From Macrostomum lignano (lineage: Eukaryota): DNA of 49,012 nt. The first letter of the stretch is position 1; every line of letters starts with the position of its first letter. The DNA lies in assembly GCA_002269645.1 (NCBI GenBank), contig NIVC01001543.1, forward strand, positions 1-49,012, in the 5' to 3' direction. Both the position numbers and the translations under genes were made by a program. Below are positions 9,678 through 22,200 of the stretch, piece after piece. The notes under the pieces are model-generated. The model was not told the DNA's origin. It ran no database searches and saw only the letters and a program-made list of their open reading frames with translations.

Positions 9678-12361
9678 TCAGGCAGTTCGCTGCCGTTTCT
9701 GCTTTTTCTCGGCCAGCTGGGCGGACTCGCGAGCCTGCCGCTTCCGGGAGAAGACCATCTTCTTGTACAGCTGCTTGTGCTTCTTCGGCAGCATCATCTC
9801 CCGGAGCCGGCGCTCCTCGGCCGCCGCCTGCTTGGCGTCCTGAGTTCGACGCTGAGTTCCCTCGGCAACCACGGACGGCTTTTTCTGCTTTTTCTGCTGC
9901 TTCCCGACCTGAGCTGCATCGGCAGCGGCAGCTTCCCGCTTCGCAGCATCCTCAGCTTCATCATCGTCCTCCTCCTCCAGTTCAGCGGCAGCGGACGGTC
10001 GCCGGAGCTCCACGGGGTCTGGCGGCGCCGACCGAGTGGCCGAGTAGGGCAGCTGGGCGGCTTCATCGCCTCCGTCGGCATCGTCAGCTGAGTAGGCGGC
10101 GAACGGGCTGAGGTGAGGCGGCGGAGGCAGGCCGGGCGCGTAGTCTCCGGTGGGCAGCAGCGAGCCGCTGTTCACGCAGTCGAACACCCACTGCGGCTGC
10201 ACGTAGGCCCGGCCGGACAGCCGGCTGTCGCCGAGCGGCCGGTCGACAATCTGGTGGGTGACGCGCTGGTCCGACTCCGGGTAGCGGCTGCCCGGCCCGC
10301 TCAGCGGCGACCAGGACACCTGCGGGGTCGGCGCGGCAGTTGGGGGGGGGGGTTAGGGAGAACCGGGGCGACTGGGATGGGAATAAAATGCGCGTGGCAT
10401 TGGGAGAGTCATGGGGTGGCTGATGGGGTGTGGGATACAGTGTGGGATGGGCTGATGGGGTGTGGGATTGGCTGATGGGGTGTGGGATTGGCTGATGGGG
10501 TGTGGGATTGACTGATGGGGTGTGGGATTGACTGATGGGGTGTGGGATTGGCTGATGGGGTGTGGGATTGACTGATGGGGTGTGGGATTGGCTGATGGGG
10601 TGTGGGATTGGCTGATGGGGTGTGGGATTGGCTGATGGGGTGTGGGATTGACTGATGGGGTGTGGGATTGGCTGATGGGGTGTGGGATTGACTGATGGGG
10701 TGTGGGATTGACTGATGGGGTGTGGGATTGGCTGGTGGGGTGTGGGTGGGCTGGTGGCTCACCTCGCCGCCGCAGGAGCGAATCACAAAGCAGAGAATCT
10801 GCCTGGGGGTCTCCCTGTTCAAGAAGAAGCGGCAGCCGTTGAACAGCCGCTGCTGGGCGCGCGCCTTCCGCCTGGCGGCGCTGGCCGCCTCGGCGCCTTC
10901 GGCCTCCTCGTCCGGGAAGTCGTCCGGCTCGGCCGGGTTGCCCTCGGCTTCGCCGCCACGGCGACTCAACAGCGGCTGGTTGAGCGACGCCATGAACTCT
11001 TCGTGGGCCTCGCCGGTCTGGCAGTAGTCGGAGGGGTCCACCTGGGCGGAGCGGCGTTCGGAGGGGGTTAGTTCAGCATGTACTTTGGCTTGGGATCGTG
11101 AGATGAGAATGAGATCTTGGGATCACGAGTTAAGATTTTGAGAACGAGATAGGATTCTGAATCATGAGATAGGCATTGGGATCATGAGATGAGATTTTGG
11201 GATTATGAGGTGGGATTTGGGGATCATGAGATAGGCATTGGGATCATGAGATGGGATTTTGGGATTGTAAGATGGGATTTTGGGATTGTAAGATGGGATT
11301 TGGGGATTGTGAGATGGGATTTTGGGATCGTGAGATAGGAATTGGGATCATGAGATTGGATTTTGGGATTATGAGATGAGATTTTGGGATCATGCGATGG
11401 GATTTAGAGATTATGATGGGATTTCGGGATCATGAGATGGGATTTCTGGATCATGAGATGGGATTTCGGGATCATGAGATGGGATTTCGGGACTATGAGA
11501 TGAGATTTTGGGATAATGAGACTGGATTTTGGAATTATCGGACGGCCTTTAGGATCAGTATGGTGAATTCTATAATAGGAATACATGAAACAAAGACTAG
11601 CTCACCTCGTTAGCCAGCGCAGGCGGGTAAGCCAGTCCCAGACTGCTGTACAGCCTGTAGTTGACGAACCCCAGCATGGTGGTGTAAAACTCGTTGAAAG
11701 TGCGCAGAATTTTAAAGTCCACATCGGCCGGGTCGTGCAGGCCCAGCTGGTGCGGCACCGACCACACCACGGACACGCCGTTGACGTCCGCTTCGAAGTA
11801 GTAGCCCTTGATGCTCACAAACACTTTGCGCAGGGCCCGGGCGGCGATGACCCAGTGCAGGAACTGCACAGTCAGCCGGGCGGACAGCCGGATCTGCTCC
11901 ACGGGGACTCCGCGCTCTTTGGGCAGGCGGGAGAACAGGAAGCACAGGCAGAGACAGTCGTCCAGATCCCTGACCGCGTCCTCGAATGCCGGGTAGCGCT
12001 CCCGGATGATGTGGTCCAGGGTGTAGGCGGGGAAATTCCTCTGCAGCCGGTCCACCGTGTGCATCTCGCCGCGCTCCTTGGCCCGCTTGGCCTTCTTCAG
12101 GTGAGCCTTGATGTCGCGCAGCTTCTGCATGACCCGCTCGTGGCCGAGGAACTGGATGTCCTTCAGGTGATAGTACACCTTTGGCGTTGAAGAGCCCTTG
12201 TTCACCCGGCGCCTGTTGACCGGCTCCTGCGGGTAGACGCCCTTCAGGATGCACAGCCGGCGGAAGTCGTTCAGCGAGAGCTGCAGCCGCTTCAGCGCCT
12301 GCTTGCGCGAGATGAAGGTGGTGGCCTCGCCGCGAGTGAATTTCTTCTTCATTTTGGTCAT
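9678..12361 (-). CDS. PES1: Pescadillo homolog, 3 exons (12361-11606, 11041-10763, 10319-9678), 558 aa
   Basis: N-terminus [44 protein letters not shown] is the Pescadillo_N signature. BRCT domain present ([15 protein letters not shown]...[12 protein letters not shown]...PPHLSPF) and C-terminal [18 protein letters not shown]. Both introns are GAG|gtgagc...cag|GTG, phase 0. AATAAA at about 9668. Confidence 0.97.
10420..10745. repeat. 20-bp minisatellite (GATGGGGTGTGGGATTGGCT) in PES1 intron 2
   Basis: Period 20 visible. Confidence 0.95.
11095..11530. repeat. Degenerate ~21-bp minisatellite (GATCATGAGATGGGATTTTGG) in PES1 intron 1
   Basis: Recurrent CATGAGATGGGATTT units. Confidence 0.85.
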
Positions 12362-12524
12362 TTTTGATGGAGCAGATTGGAGACTGGCTGCAGGGCAGGT
12401 CTCTGCGGTGGCGGGTGGGAGAGTGGATTCTTAGAAATGTTAATCCCGTGCCCAGCAACAGGAGACGCCGGGATATCTCAGGAGAATTAGGAGAAGGGAT
12501 CACAGAAGATTCAGATAGAGAGGC

Positions 12525-12727
12525 ATGATGAGAATCAGATATGAGAATTAGTCATGAGAATCAGACATGAGACCATGAGAATCAGTCATGAGAATCAGAC
12601 ATGAGACCATGAGAATCAGTCATGAGAATCAGACATAAGACATGAAAATCAGACATGAGATATGAGAATCAGACATGAGACATAAGAATCAGTCATGAGA
12701 ATCAGACATGAGACATGAGAATCAGAG
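12525..12727. repeat. Degenerate CATGAGAATCAG(A/T) repeat upstream of PES1
   Basis: Recurrent catgagaatcag and catgaga units. Confidence 0.85.
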
Positions 12728-13604
12728 ATTACTATCTAAGGCTGACTCAGCAAAAACTGAGGTTAGCAAAGGAAATGAATCAATACAAAGCATACATTTA
12801 CATCATCAGGATCACAATGTCCTCAGTGGGACAGCAAAGATATAATTAATTAATAATACAAACAACTCGTGATGAGAGATGCAATATTCAATTTTATAAG
12901 CAAAATCAGTCGAAATAGATATTAAAAGCGAAAGCGGACAAAACCACGTAAACACATATTAAAGCGGCAGACACAATGCGAGTTAAGATTAAATATTAGT
13001 TTCAAAAAATAAAAATATTCGACATTAATCAAAATCGGTCAATCAAGCTTCCCTTTCAATTCAGACACACACACAGGAAATAGACAAAAAACGCTAATTT
13101 TATTGCTGACAGTAGAGACAAAGTTTTTTATAACAGTATAAAATTTTCAAATGTAGGGTTAGCTATCTAGCAAGGCTATGAAACAGTGGGAACAAGATTA
13201 AAAGCAGACAAAATCAAGGCATGTTCAATCTCGTAAAAAATAGCGCTGTGTTAAAAGACAACAAAAGCTTGGGGTCTACTCCTACTGTTAGTAGTGCAAT
13301 GACAAAACTAACAGACTGTCGGAAATTTGATAAAAAATTCTCCAAAGCAAACCAGCAAAATCTGCTACTTACAACTAAGTAGTATGAGGCAATGAGATCA
13401 CAGCGGTACAAGTTATAACAACACATTGCTTTGATTGCAAAACAGGTGCTCCTTATGCACAGTTCAATAAGGAATTACGAGTAGTAGAAAGTAAAAAATA
13501 GGCTGACACGCCTCAATACAGAATGTGAGAGAACTGACTCAGGTATCTGTTAACAATGTAGCTTGAAATTGCATATTTGATTGTAAAATAAGAAGCTTAT
13601 AACA

Positions 13605-14310
13605 GCCCGCCCTAAACTACCCTAAATAACCGTCCTAAACTACCTTAAAAAACCGCCCTAAACTACCCTAAATAACCGCTCTAAACAACCCTAAATAATC
13701 GCTCTAAATAACCCTTAATAACCGCCATAAACAACCCTAAATAATCGCTCTAAACAACCCTTAATAACCGCCATAAACAACCCTAAATAACCGCCCTAAA
13801 CTACCCTATATAACCGCCCTAAACTACCCTAAATAGCCGCCCTAAACTACCCTATATAACCGCCCTAAACTACCCTAAATAGCCGCCCTAAAGTACCCTA
13901 TATAACCGCCCTAAACTACCCTAAATAGCCGCCCTAAAGTACCCTATATAACCGCCCTAAACAAGCCTAAATAACCGCCCTAAACAAACCTAAATGACCG
14001 CCCTAAACTACACTAACACCCTAAACTACCCTAAATAACCGCCTTAAACTACCCTAAACAACCGCCCTAAGCTACCCTAAATAACCGCCTTAAACTACCC
14101 TAAACAACCGCCCTAAGCTACCCTAAATAACCGCCTTAAACTACCCTAAACAACCGCCCTAAGCTACCCTAAATAACCGCCCTAAACTACCCCAAATAAC
14201 CGCCCTAAGCTACCCTAAATAACCGCCCTAAACTACCCTAAATAACCGCCCTAAACTACCCTAAATAACCGCCCTAAATAAACCCTAAACAACCGCCCCA
14301 AACAAGCCTA
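13605..14310. repeat. 23-bp minisatellite with CCCTAAA motifs (TAACCGCCCTAAACTACCCTAAA)
   Basis: Period 23; two CCCTAAA per unit. Confidence 0.93.
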
Positions 14311-14379
14311 AAACATACCCAAGCTTTAAACTAGCCTAATGAACTCCCTAGCAACTCAGAGCAACCCAAGCCCACAAGT

Positions 14380-14757
14380 TCAGGCCTCGTTGGCCACACT
14401 GGCGGAGTCCATATCCACCCGTTCCTCATTGTAGATGATGCGGTGCTCCCTAGAGCGGCCCCTCAGATGTCGGTGCCTGTGGTACAGCACCAGCCCGACC
14501 GCAATCAGGACCAGCAGGGCCATCAGCGGCAGAATGACAGCCATAGCCTTCGAAGTGGACACCACGCCAGATTCGTAGGACTCGCCAGTCCGAATCTCGC
14601 ACCTGTCGCCCTTGAACGGGCTGTAGCAGTGGCACTGGGTGCAGCGGGCCACGCTGGTGTTGTCGCTGGCAGACAGGCGGACCAGCAGACACTCGGAGCA
14701 GAAACCGTCATTGAAGCAGTGCCTCTGGCACGACTTCCATTGCCAGTTGTGTGCAGC
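14380..14757 (-). CDS. EGF-like domain + transmembrane + short cytoplasmic tail (terminal exon, 125 aa); candidate EGFR-ligand-type protein
   Basis: Frame opens at ctgcag|GCT (14757): AAHNWQWKSCQRHCFNDGFCSECLLVRLSASDNTSVARCTQCHCYSPFKGDRCEIRT...AMAVILPLMALLVLIAVGLVLYHRHRH...*. Contains CFNDGFC and CHCYSPFKGDRCE EGF motifs. The start exon is not securely found; a candidate is ATG|gttagc at 15707-15705. Confidence 0.75.
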   Translation of the reverse strand, partial: AAHNWQWKSCQRHCFNDGFCSECLLVRLSASDNTSVARCTQCHCYSPFKGDRCEIRTGESYESGVVSTSKAMAVILPLMALLVLIAVGLVLYHRHRHLRGRSREHRIIYNEERVDMDSASVANEA

Positions 14758-14864
14758 CTGCAGCAGTCATTGGATTTGCACTTTTAGATAATTGCTATAG
14801 TAAATAGGGAGGCTCTAAACCCTGGATCATGCCTTGGTTCATCATTTGCATTTTGGTCATTATA

Positions 14865-15650
14865 GGTTTGGTCATGGGTAGCCTGGGTCATTTACAGGGT
14901 AGGTCATGGGTAGGTTGGGTCAAGGGTAGTTTGGGTCAAGGGTAGGTTGGGTCAAGGGTAGGTTGGGTCCTGAGTAGGTTTGGTCATGGGTAGCCTGGGT
15001 CATTTACAGGGTAGGTCATGGGTAGGTTGGGTCAAGGGTAGTTTGGGTCAAGGGTAGGTTGGGTCAAGGGTAGGTTGGGTCCTGAGTAGGTTTGGTCATG
15101 GGTAGCCTGGGTCATTTACAGGGTAGGTCATGGGTAGGTTGGGTCAAGGGTAGTTTGGGTCAAGGGTAGGTTGGGTCAAGGGTAGGTTGGGTCCTGAGTA
15201 GGTTTGGTCATGGGTAGCCTGGGTCATTTACAGGGTAGGTCATAGGTAGGTTGGGTCAAGGGTAGTTTGGGTCAAGGGTAGGTTGGGTCAAGGGTAGGTT
15301 GGGTCCTGAGTAGGTTTGGTCATGGGTAGCCTGGGTCATTTACAGGGTAGGTCATGGGTAGGTTGGGTCAAGGGTAGTTTGGGTCAAGGGTAGGTTGGGT
15401 CAAGGGTAGGTTGGGTCCTGAGTAGGTTTGGTCATGGGTAGCCTGGGTCATTTACAGGGTAGGTCATAGGTAGGTTGGGTCAAGGGTAGTTTGGGTCAAG
15501 GGTAGGTTGGGTCAAGGGTAGGTTGGGTCCTGAGTAGGTTTGGTCATGGGTAGCCTGGGTCATTTACAGGGTAGGTCATGGGTAAGTTTGGTCAAGGGTA
15601 GTTTGGGTCAAGGGTAGGTTGGGTCAAGCCGTCAAGGGTAGGTTGGGTCA
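14865..15650. repeat. 112-bp higher-order repeat (7 x 16-bp GGGTCAAGGGTAGGTT-type subunits), about 7 copies
   Basis: GTCATGGGTAGCCTG recurs at 14871, 14983, 15095 and onward. Confidence 0.93.
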
Positions 15651-16222
15651 TTGATACGCACAGGAATCGTTAAAAATCAATCAAACAAAACCTAATTAGC
15701 TAACCATAAGCTAAGTGTATTTCCGATTATTCGTTTGACTAACAAATACAGCTTTAAAGAATGCAAACGCACAATAAGTCATAAAACATTACTTAATAAG
15801 TATAGTTGAATTCTTAAAATTTAAATTACAAAATGCAACAAAATAGCGAAATTGAAAGAATAGAACAAATTGAAATAGCGCGTTCAGTTTTCAAAGGGAC
15901 TGGAATAAAATTTCATAGCAAAATACGCATTGGTCATCGAGCCACTTTAATAAACATTACTCAAAATATTACAAAATAGAGCTGAAATTACAATTTAAAT
16001 GCTTGTTGAAAACACACCATTTTTAAAGATCCCAACATCCGAAACACGCTACTAGAAAATTACTTGCAAGTAGAGTAGAAAACATTTTGAGTATTTATTT
16101 TTATTAAAATTGAAAAAATAGTTTAGCATTCTACACATGCTACTAGTAAATCAGTCATAAGTAGAGCGTTACGTGTTTTCGCATATTTTTAAATCCAAAA
16201 AATAGGCACCCAGAGCCAGTAG

Positions 16223-19200
16223 TCACCAATCGCACGGCTCCCCGAACCGTCCAACCAGAGCGTCCTGATCAGCCAGGTCTTTCTGCAGCCGTTTGCGCAT
16301 ATAGAAGATTGGGCAGTCCCGGCTGGTGCACAAGACGTCCTCGTGCAGGGAGCCCTGACAACGCTGGCACTCAGTCCACAGACGGTTGAATTTCTCTTCG
16401 AGGACGCGAAGAACGCCGACCTGCATTGATTGATTGAAGAACATTAGATAGATACAGAATCTCTACCGATATGTATCGAAAAAAACTTTCTACCCTAGCT
16501 ACATGCAGCTAATAAAGCACTCTACCGATATGTATCGAATAAAGCATTCTACCGATATGTACTGCATGAATGATTTTTACCGCGTGTATCAAATAAAACA
16601 TTCTACCGGTTCGCATCGAATAAAGGATTCTATCGATATGTATCGACATCAAAGAACTCTACCGATATGCGTCGAATGAAGGACTTTACTGATATTGTAT
16701 CGAATGAAGAATTATACCGACATGTATCAAATGAAGAATTCTACCGACATGTATCAAATGAAGAATTCTACCGACATGTATCGACTGAAGAAGTCTACCG
16801 ACATGTATCGAATGAAGAATTATACCGACATGTGTCAAATGGAGCATTCTACCGATATATATATATATCAAATGGAGCATTCTACCGATATGTATCGAAA
16901 AACTCAACGCACCTCCCGCTGGTAGAGCGCCGACTCGTTGGGCTCGCAGTGCTTGCACACGGCCCCATTGGCGGCGTCCTGCGGCAGCACCGCCTTGCAG
17001 CCGAGGCAGGCGGCTCTCCTAGTAGCAAAAGCGGCCAAACCACCAACTTTGGAGTGGACCACAGCTTTCACCCGAGTGTGCTCACCGCTTAGCAGCATTG
17101 AGCGAGCTTTACCGTCGCCTAGAATAGGCTCAAATATACGCAGTAGTGGATTAGCCAATTGGTTCTCCAGGTAATAATTCGTATCAATTGGTACATTGTT
17201 CTCCAGGACGTAGATGGGATCTTCGGCCTTCTGATAGGCCGGGGTGCCCTTGGCGGCAGACACAATCACGTAGGGCACCCGGTCGCCAAGCTGAGGGGCG
17301 GAGCCGGGGTCGCGCTTCCTGATCTTGTTGGCCAGCTCCACGTGAGCCTGCTTGCCAGCGTATTCGTCATCAGTTTTTGTGAGCTCTTTGCTGATTACCT
17401 GGCCGGGAATTTATGAATATAATAAATTGGTGGCGTGCGCCTTTAACCTACTTATAGTAGAAAGTAACACATTTTATCCAAAATTAGATATATTCAAGAA
17501 AAAAATTAATTTACACTAGTACATAGTAGATTGATTTTCTAATTATTCCCATTTGAGTACACGGCTATATTATGAGCAAACTCCCCATTGAGTAAGCGAC
17601 TATATTTTGACCGATTCCCCCAACTCACCAGCTGGGAGATGTCAACCCGGTTGCACAGCAGGTCGCTAATGACGCTCTTGGCGTGCTGCACTGCGCCATC
17701 GGGATCCCGATCGATGAGGATCTTGTGCAGACAGGCGTTGACCAGATTGGCAACCAGTGGACTGTTGTCCCGGCGAACCGTTTCAATGCCTTTGCAGTCC
17801 ATCTTGTCGTGCTTGTCCGGCTTGGTGAAGTATAGGCCTGCGTAGCTGCAGAATTGTGCGGATTTACGGGGCGATTCTCAGGTGAGATTCAGGGGCGATT
17901 CTTAGGTGAGATTCAGGGGCGATTCTCAGGTGAGATTCAGGGGCGATTCTCAGGTGAGATTCAGGGGCGATTCTCAGGTGAGATTCAGGGGCGATTCTCA
18001 GGTGAGATTCAGGGGCGATTCTCAGGTGAGATTCAGGGGCGATTCTCAGGTGAGATTCAGGGGCGATTCTCAGGTGAGATTCAGGGGCGATTCTCAGGCG
18101 AGATTCAGGGGCGATTCTCAGGTGAGATTCAGGGGCGATTCTCAGGTGAGATTCAGGGAGCGATTTACAAGTGATATTTGAGGGCCATTCTCAGATGAGA
18201 TTTGGGATTTGGGAACGATTCTCAGGTGAGATTTGATAACGATTCTCAGGTGAGATTTGGTAACGATTCTCAGGTGAGATTTGGTAGCGATTCTCAGGTG
18301 AGATTTGGTAGCGATTCACAGGTGAGATTTGTTAGCGATTCTCAGGTGAGATTTGGTAACGATTCTCAGGTGAGATTTGGTAGCGATTCTCAGGTGAGAT
18401 TTGGTAGCGATTTACAGGTGAGATTTGTTAGCGATTCTCAGGTGAGATTTGGTAGCAATTCTCAGGTGAAATTTGGGTACGATTCTCAGGTGAGATTTGG
18501 GGGCGAGTCCCAGGTGAGATTTGATAACGATTCTAAGGTGACATTAGGTAGCGATTCCTAGGTGAGATTTAGGAACAATTCTCAGGTGAGATTTCATAAC
18601 GATTCTCAGGTGAGATTTGGTAACGATTCTCAGGTGAGATTTGGTAGCGATTCTCAGGTGAGATTTGTTAGCGATTCTCAGGTGAGATTTGGTAGCGATT
18701 CTCAGGTGAGATTTGGTAGCGATTCTCAGGTGAGATTTGGTAGCGATTCTCAGGTGAAAGTTGGGGCGATTCTCAGGTGAGATTTTGGGGCAAATCTCAG
18801 GTGAGATTTAGGGGCGATTCTAAGGTGAGATTTAGGCCAATTCTTAGGTGACATTTAAGTCGATTTTCAGGTGAGATCTAGGTCGATTTTTAGGTGAGAT
18901 CTAGGTCGATTTTTAGGTGAAATCTAGGTCGATTTTAAAGAAAGTTCAATAAGGTAAGGGCGATTCTCAGGTGAGATTGAAGGGCGATTTCTCAGGCCAG
19001 CTCAAAGCCAACCCGACTCACCGCTTTTTGTTGATAAGCAGATAGGGACAGTACACCTTCTCGAACTCCAGCTTAATCGGGGGTGGAAATTTGCTGCTAA
19101 TGTAATCCGCAGCCTCCCTGCCCAGCTTCATGGCATCAGCCACCGTGGCCGCATTGAACCGGCACATCACCGAGTCCGTATCGCCGTAGATCACCTTGGC

Positions 19201-22200
19201 GTCGTGAGCGTAGCCATTGGCAACCGTGTAGCGCTCTTCAACGTATCGCTTAGTTTCCATAATCATGGTCCGGCCGAATGCGGTGACACTTGAAGAGATG
19301 TCCAGGCAGGGCAGCTTGCCCACTTGGGCTCCGGTGAAACCGTATACGGAATTGGCGCTGATCTTCAGGGCCAGCTGGCGACCGTCCAGCACCTGGGATT
19401 GGGGATTTGAGGTCTAGTCTCACTGGGATTTGAGGTAGTCTCACTGGGATTTGAGGTCTAGTCTCACTGGGATTTGAGGTAGTCTCACTGGGATTTGAGG
19501 TAGTCTCACTGGGATTTGAGGTCTAGTCTCACTGGGATTTGAGGTCTAGTCTCACTGGGATTTGAGGTCTAGTCTCACTAGGATTTGAGGTCTAGTCTCA
19601 CTGGGATTTGAGGTCTAGTCTCACTGGGATTTGAGGTCTAGTCTCACTGGGATTTGAGGTCTAGTCTCACTGGGATTTGAGGTCTAGTCTCACTGGGATT
19701 TGAGGTCTAGTCTCACTGGGATTTGAGTTCTAGTCTCACTGGGATTTGAGGTCTAGTCTCACTGGGATTTGAGTTCTAGTCTCACTGGGATTTGAGGTCT
19801 AGTCTTATTTGAGATCTAGTCTCATTTGTGGTCTAGTCTCATTTGAAGTCTAGTCTCACTGGGATTTGAGGTCTAGTCTTATTTGAGATCTAGTCTCATT
19901 TGTGGTCTAGTCTCATTTGAAGTCTAGTCTCACTGGGATTTGAGGTCTAGTCGCTTTGATTTGATTCGCATGGCGATATAGGTACTGTATTATCTTAGAG
20001 AGATCTAAGGTCTATTATTCCCAGGGATATCCAAGCTCTCTTCTCAAGCAGATCTAAGGTCTATTCTTAGGGAGATCTAAGGTATTTTCTTAAAGAGATT
20101 TAAGGTATTTTCTTAGAGAGATCTATTCTCAGGGAAAACTTTTAGACTAGAACCCAGCAGCAGCAGCAATAAATTACCCGCTTCTTAAACTCGTCAGTTT
20201 CATTCTTCAAATCGTCCTTAGCTCGCTTCCTAGCGTTGAGCAACTGCTCAAGAATCTCTGGTAGCAGGCCTTTCCTAACATTCTTCTTAGCAAAGTAGGA
20301 TCCGCATGGTGTTTTAATGTACTCGTCTGGCTGCAGGCTGTACTTGGCTATGGAGGCCTGGTCCAGCAGGGTGGTGTAGCACAGGTTGTGGGCCATCATG
20401 ATTGATGGGTACAGAGATGAGAAGTCCAGAGTAGCAATCGGTGTGGTGTAGTAGCCTTTCACAGGTTCGATCACTGTGGCACCCGTGTACTCATCGCCCT
20501 GCTCAACTTTCTGAGTAGGCAGCAACAGATCCTGCTCTTTGGCTTTGCGAAGAAGCTGAGAGATTACTTTTACCTGGGAATGAGAAATAAAGCAATGTTG
20601 CAAGTTATTTACACAACATATCGGAATTGATGACCGACCACTATTAGACTAAGGCAATGCATGTGCCATTAAAGAAATCATAGCGCCGATACTGAAAATG
20701 TAGCACCACTCCTATTCACCCTCTACCATTTAACCGCTTCGTCTCTACCATTTACCTTCCCGATTCCACCATTCACCCGCTTTTCAATTTATCATTTACC
20801 TACCCATTAACCAGTTCAAGTCACTCCCTTCTACCATTCACCAGCTTTTATTGCTACCATTCACCCTCTTCACCATCCAACACTTAACTTTTTTCCTTCT
20901 ACAATTTGCCCTCTCCCCTGTACTATTGAACATCTCTCCCCTCTACCATCTACCCTCTCTCCCCTCTACCATCTACCCTCTCTCCCCTCTACCATCTAAC
21001 CTCTCTCCCCTCTACCATCTACCCTCTCTCCCCTCTACCATCTACCCTCTCTCCCTCTACCATCTACCCTCTCTCCCTCTACCATCTACCCCTCTCCCCT
21101 CTACCATCTAACCTCTCTCCCCTCTACCATCTACCCTCTCTCCCCTCTACCATCTACCCTCTCTCCCCTCTACCATCTACCCTCTCTCCCCTCTACCATC
21201 TACCCTCTCTCCCCTCTACCATCTACCCTCTCTCCCCTCTACCATCTACCCTCTCTCCCCTCTACCATCTACCCTCTCTCCCCTCTACCATCTACCCTCT
21301 CTCCCCTCTACCATCTACCCTCTCTCCCCTCTACCATCTACCCTCTCTCCCCTCTACCATCTACCCTCTCTCCCCTCTACCATCTACCCTCTCTCCCCTC
21401 TACCATCTACCCTCTCTCCCCTCTACCATCTACCCTCTCTCCCCTCTACCATCTACCCTCTCTCCCCTCTACCATCTACCCTCTCTCCCTCTACCATCTA
21501 CCCTCTCTCCCCTCTACCATCTACCCTCTCTCCCCTCTACCATCTACCCTCTCTCCCCTCTACCATCTACCCTCTCTCCCCTCTACCATCTACCCTCTCT
21601 CCCCTCTACCATCTACCCCCTCTCCCCTCTACCATCTAACCTCTCTCCCCTCTACCATCTACCCCCTCTCCCCTCTACCATCTAACCTCTCTCCCCTCTA
21701 CCATCTACCCTCTCTCCCCTCTACCATCTACCCTCTCTCCCTCTACCATCTACCCTCTCTCCCTCTACCATCTACCCTCTCTCCCCTCTCTCCCCTCTAC
21801 CATCTACCCTCTCTCCCCTCTCTTCCATCTACCCTCTCTCCCCTCTACCATCTAACCTCTCTCCCCTCTACCATCTAACCTCTCTCCCCTCTACCATCTA
21901 CCCTCTCTCCCCTCTACCATCTACCCTCTCTCCCCTCTACCATCTACCCTCTCTCCCCTCTACCATCTACCCTCTCTCCCCTCTACCATCTAACCTCTCT
22001 CCCCTCTACCATCTACCCTCTCTCCCCTCTACCATCTACCCTCTCTCCCCTCTACCATCTACCCTCTCTCCCTCTACCATCTACCCTCTCTCCCCTCTAC
22101 CATCTAACCTCTCTCCCCTCTACCATCTACCCTCTCTCCCCTCTACCATCTACCCCCTCTCCCCTCTACCATCTAACCTCTCTCCCCTCTACCATCTAAC

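Noticed and set aside
13605-14310. True telomere or chromosome-fusion site
   Set aside because: The motifs are embedded in a 23-bp composite unit, in one orientation only, with genes on both sides.
17854-18780. Repetitive ORFs ([16 protein letters not shown])
   Set aside because: Translations of the 24-bp array, antisense within POLD1 intron 6.
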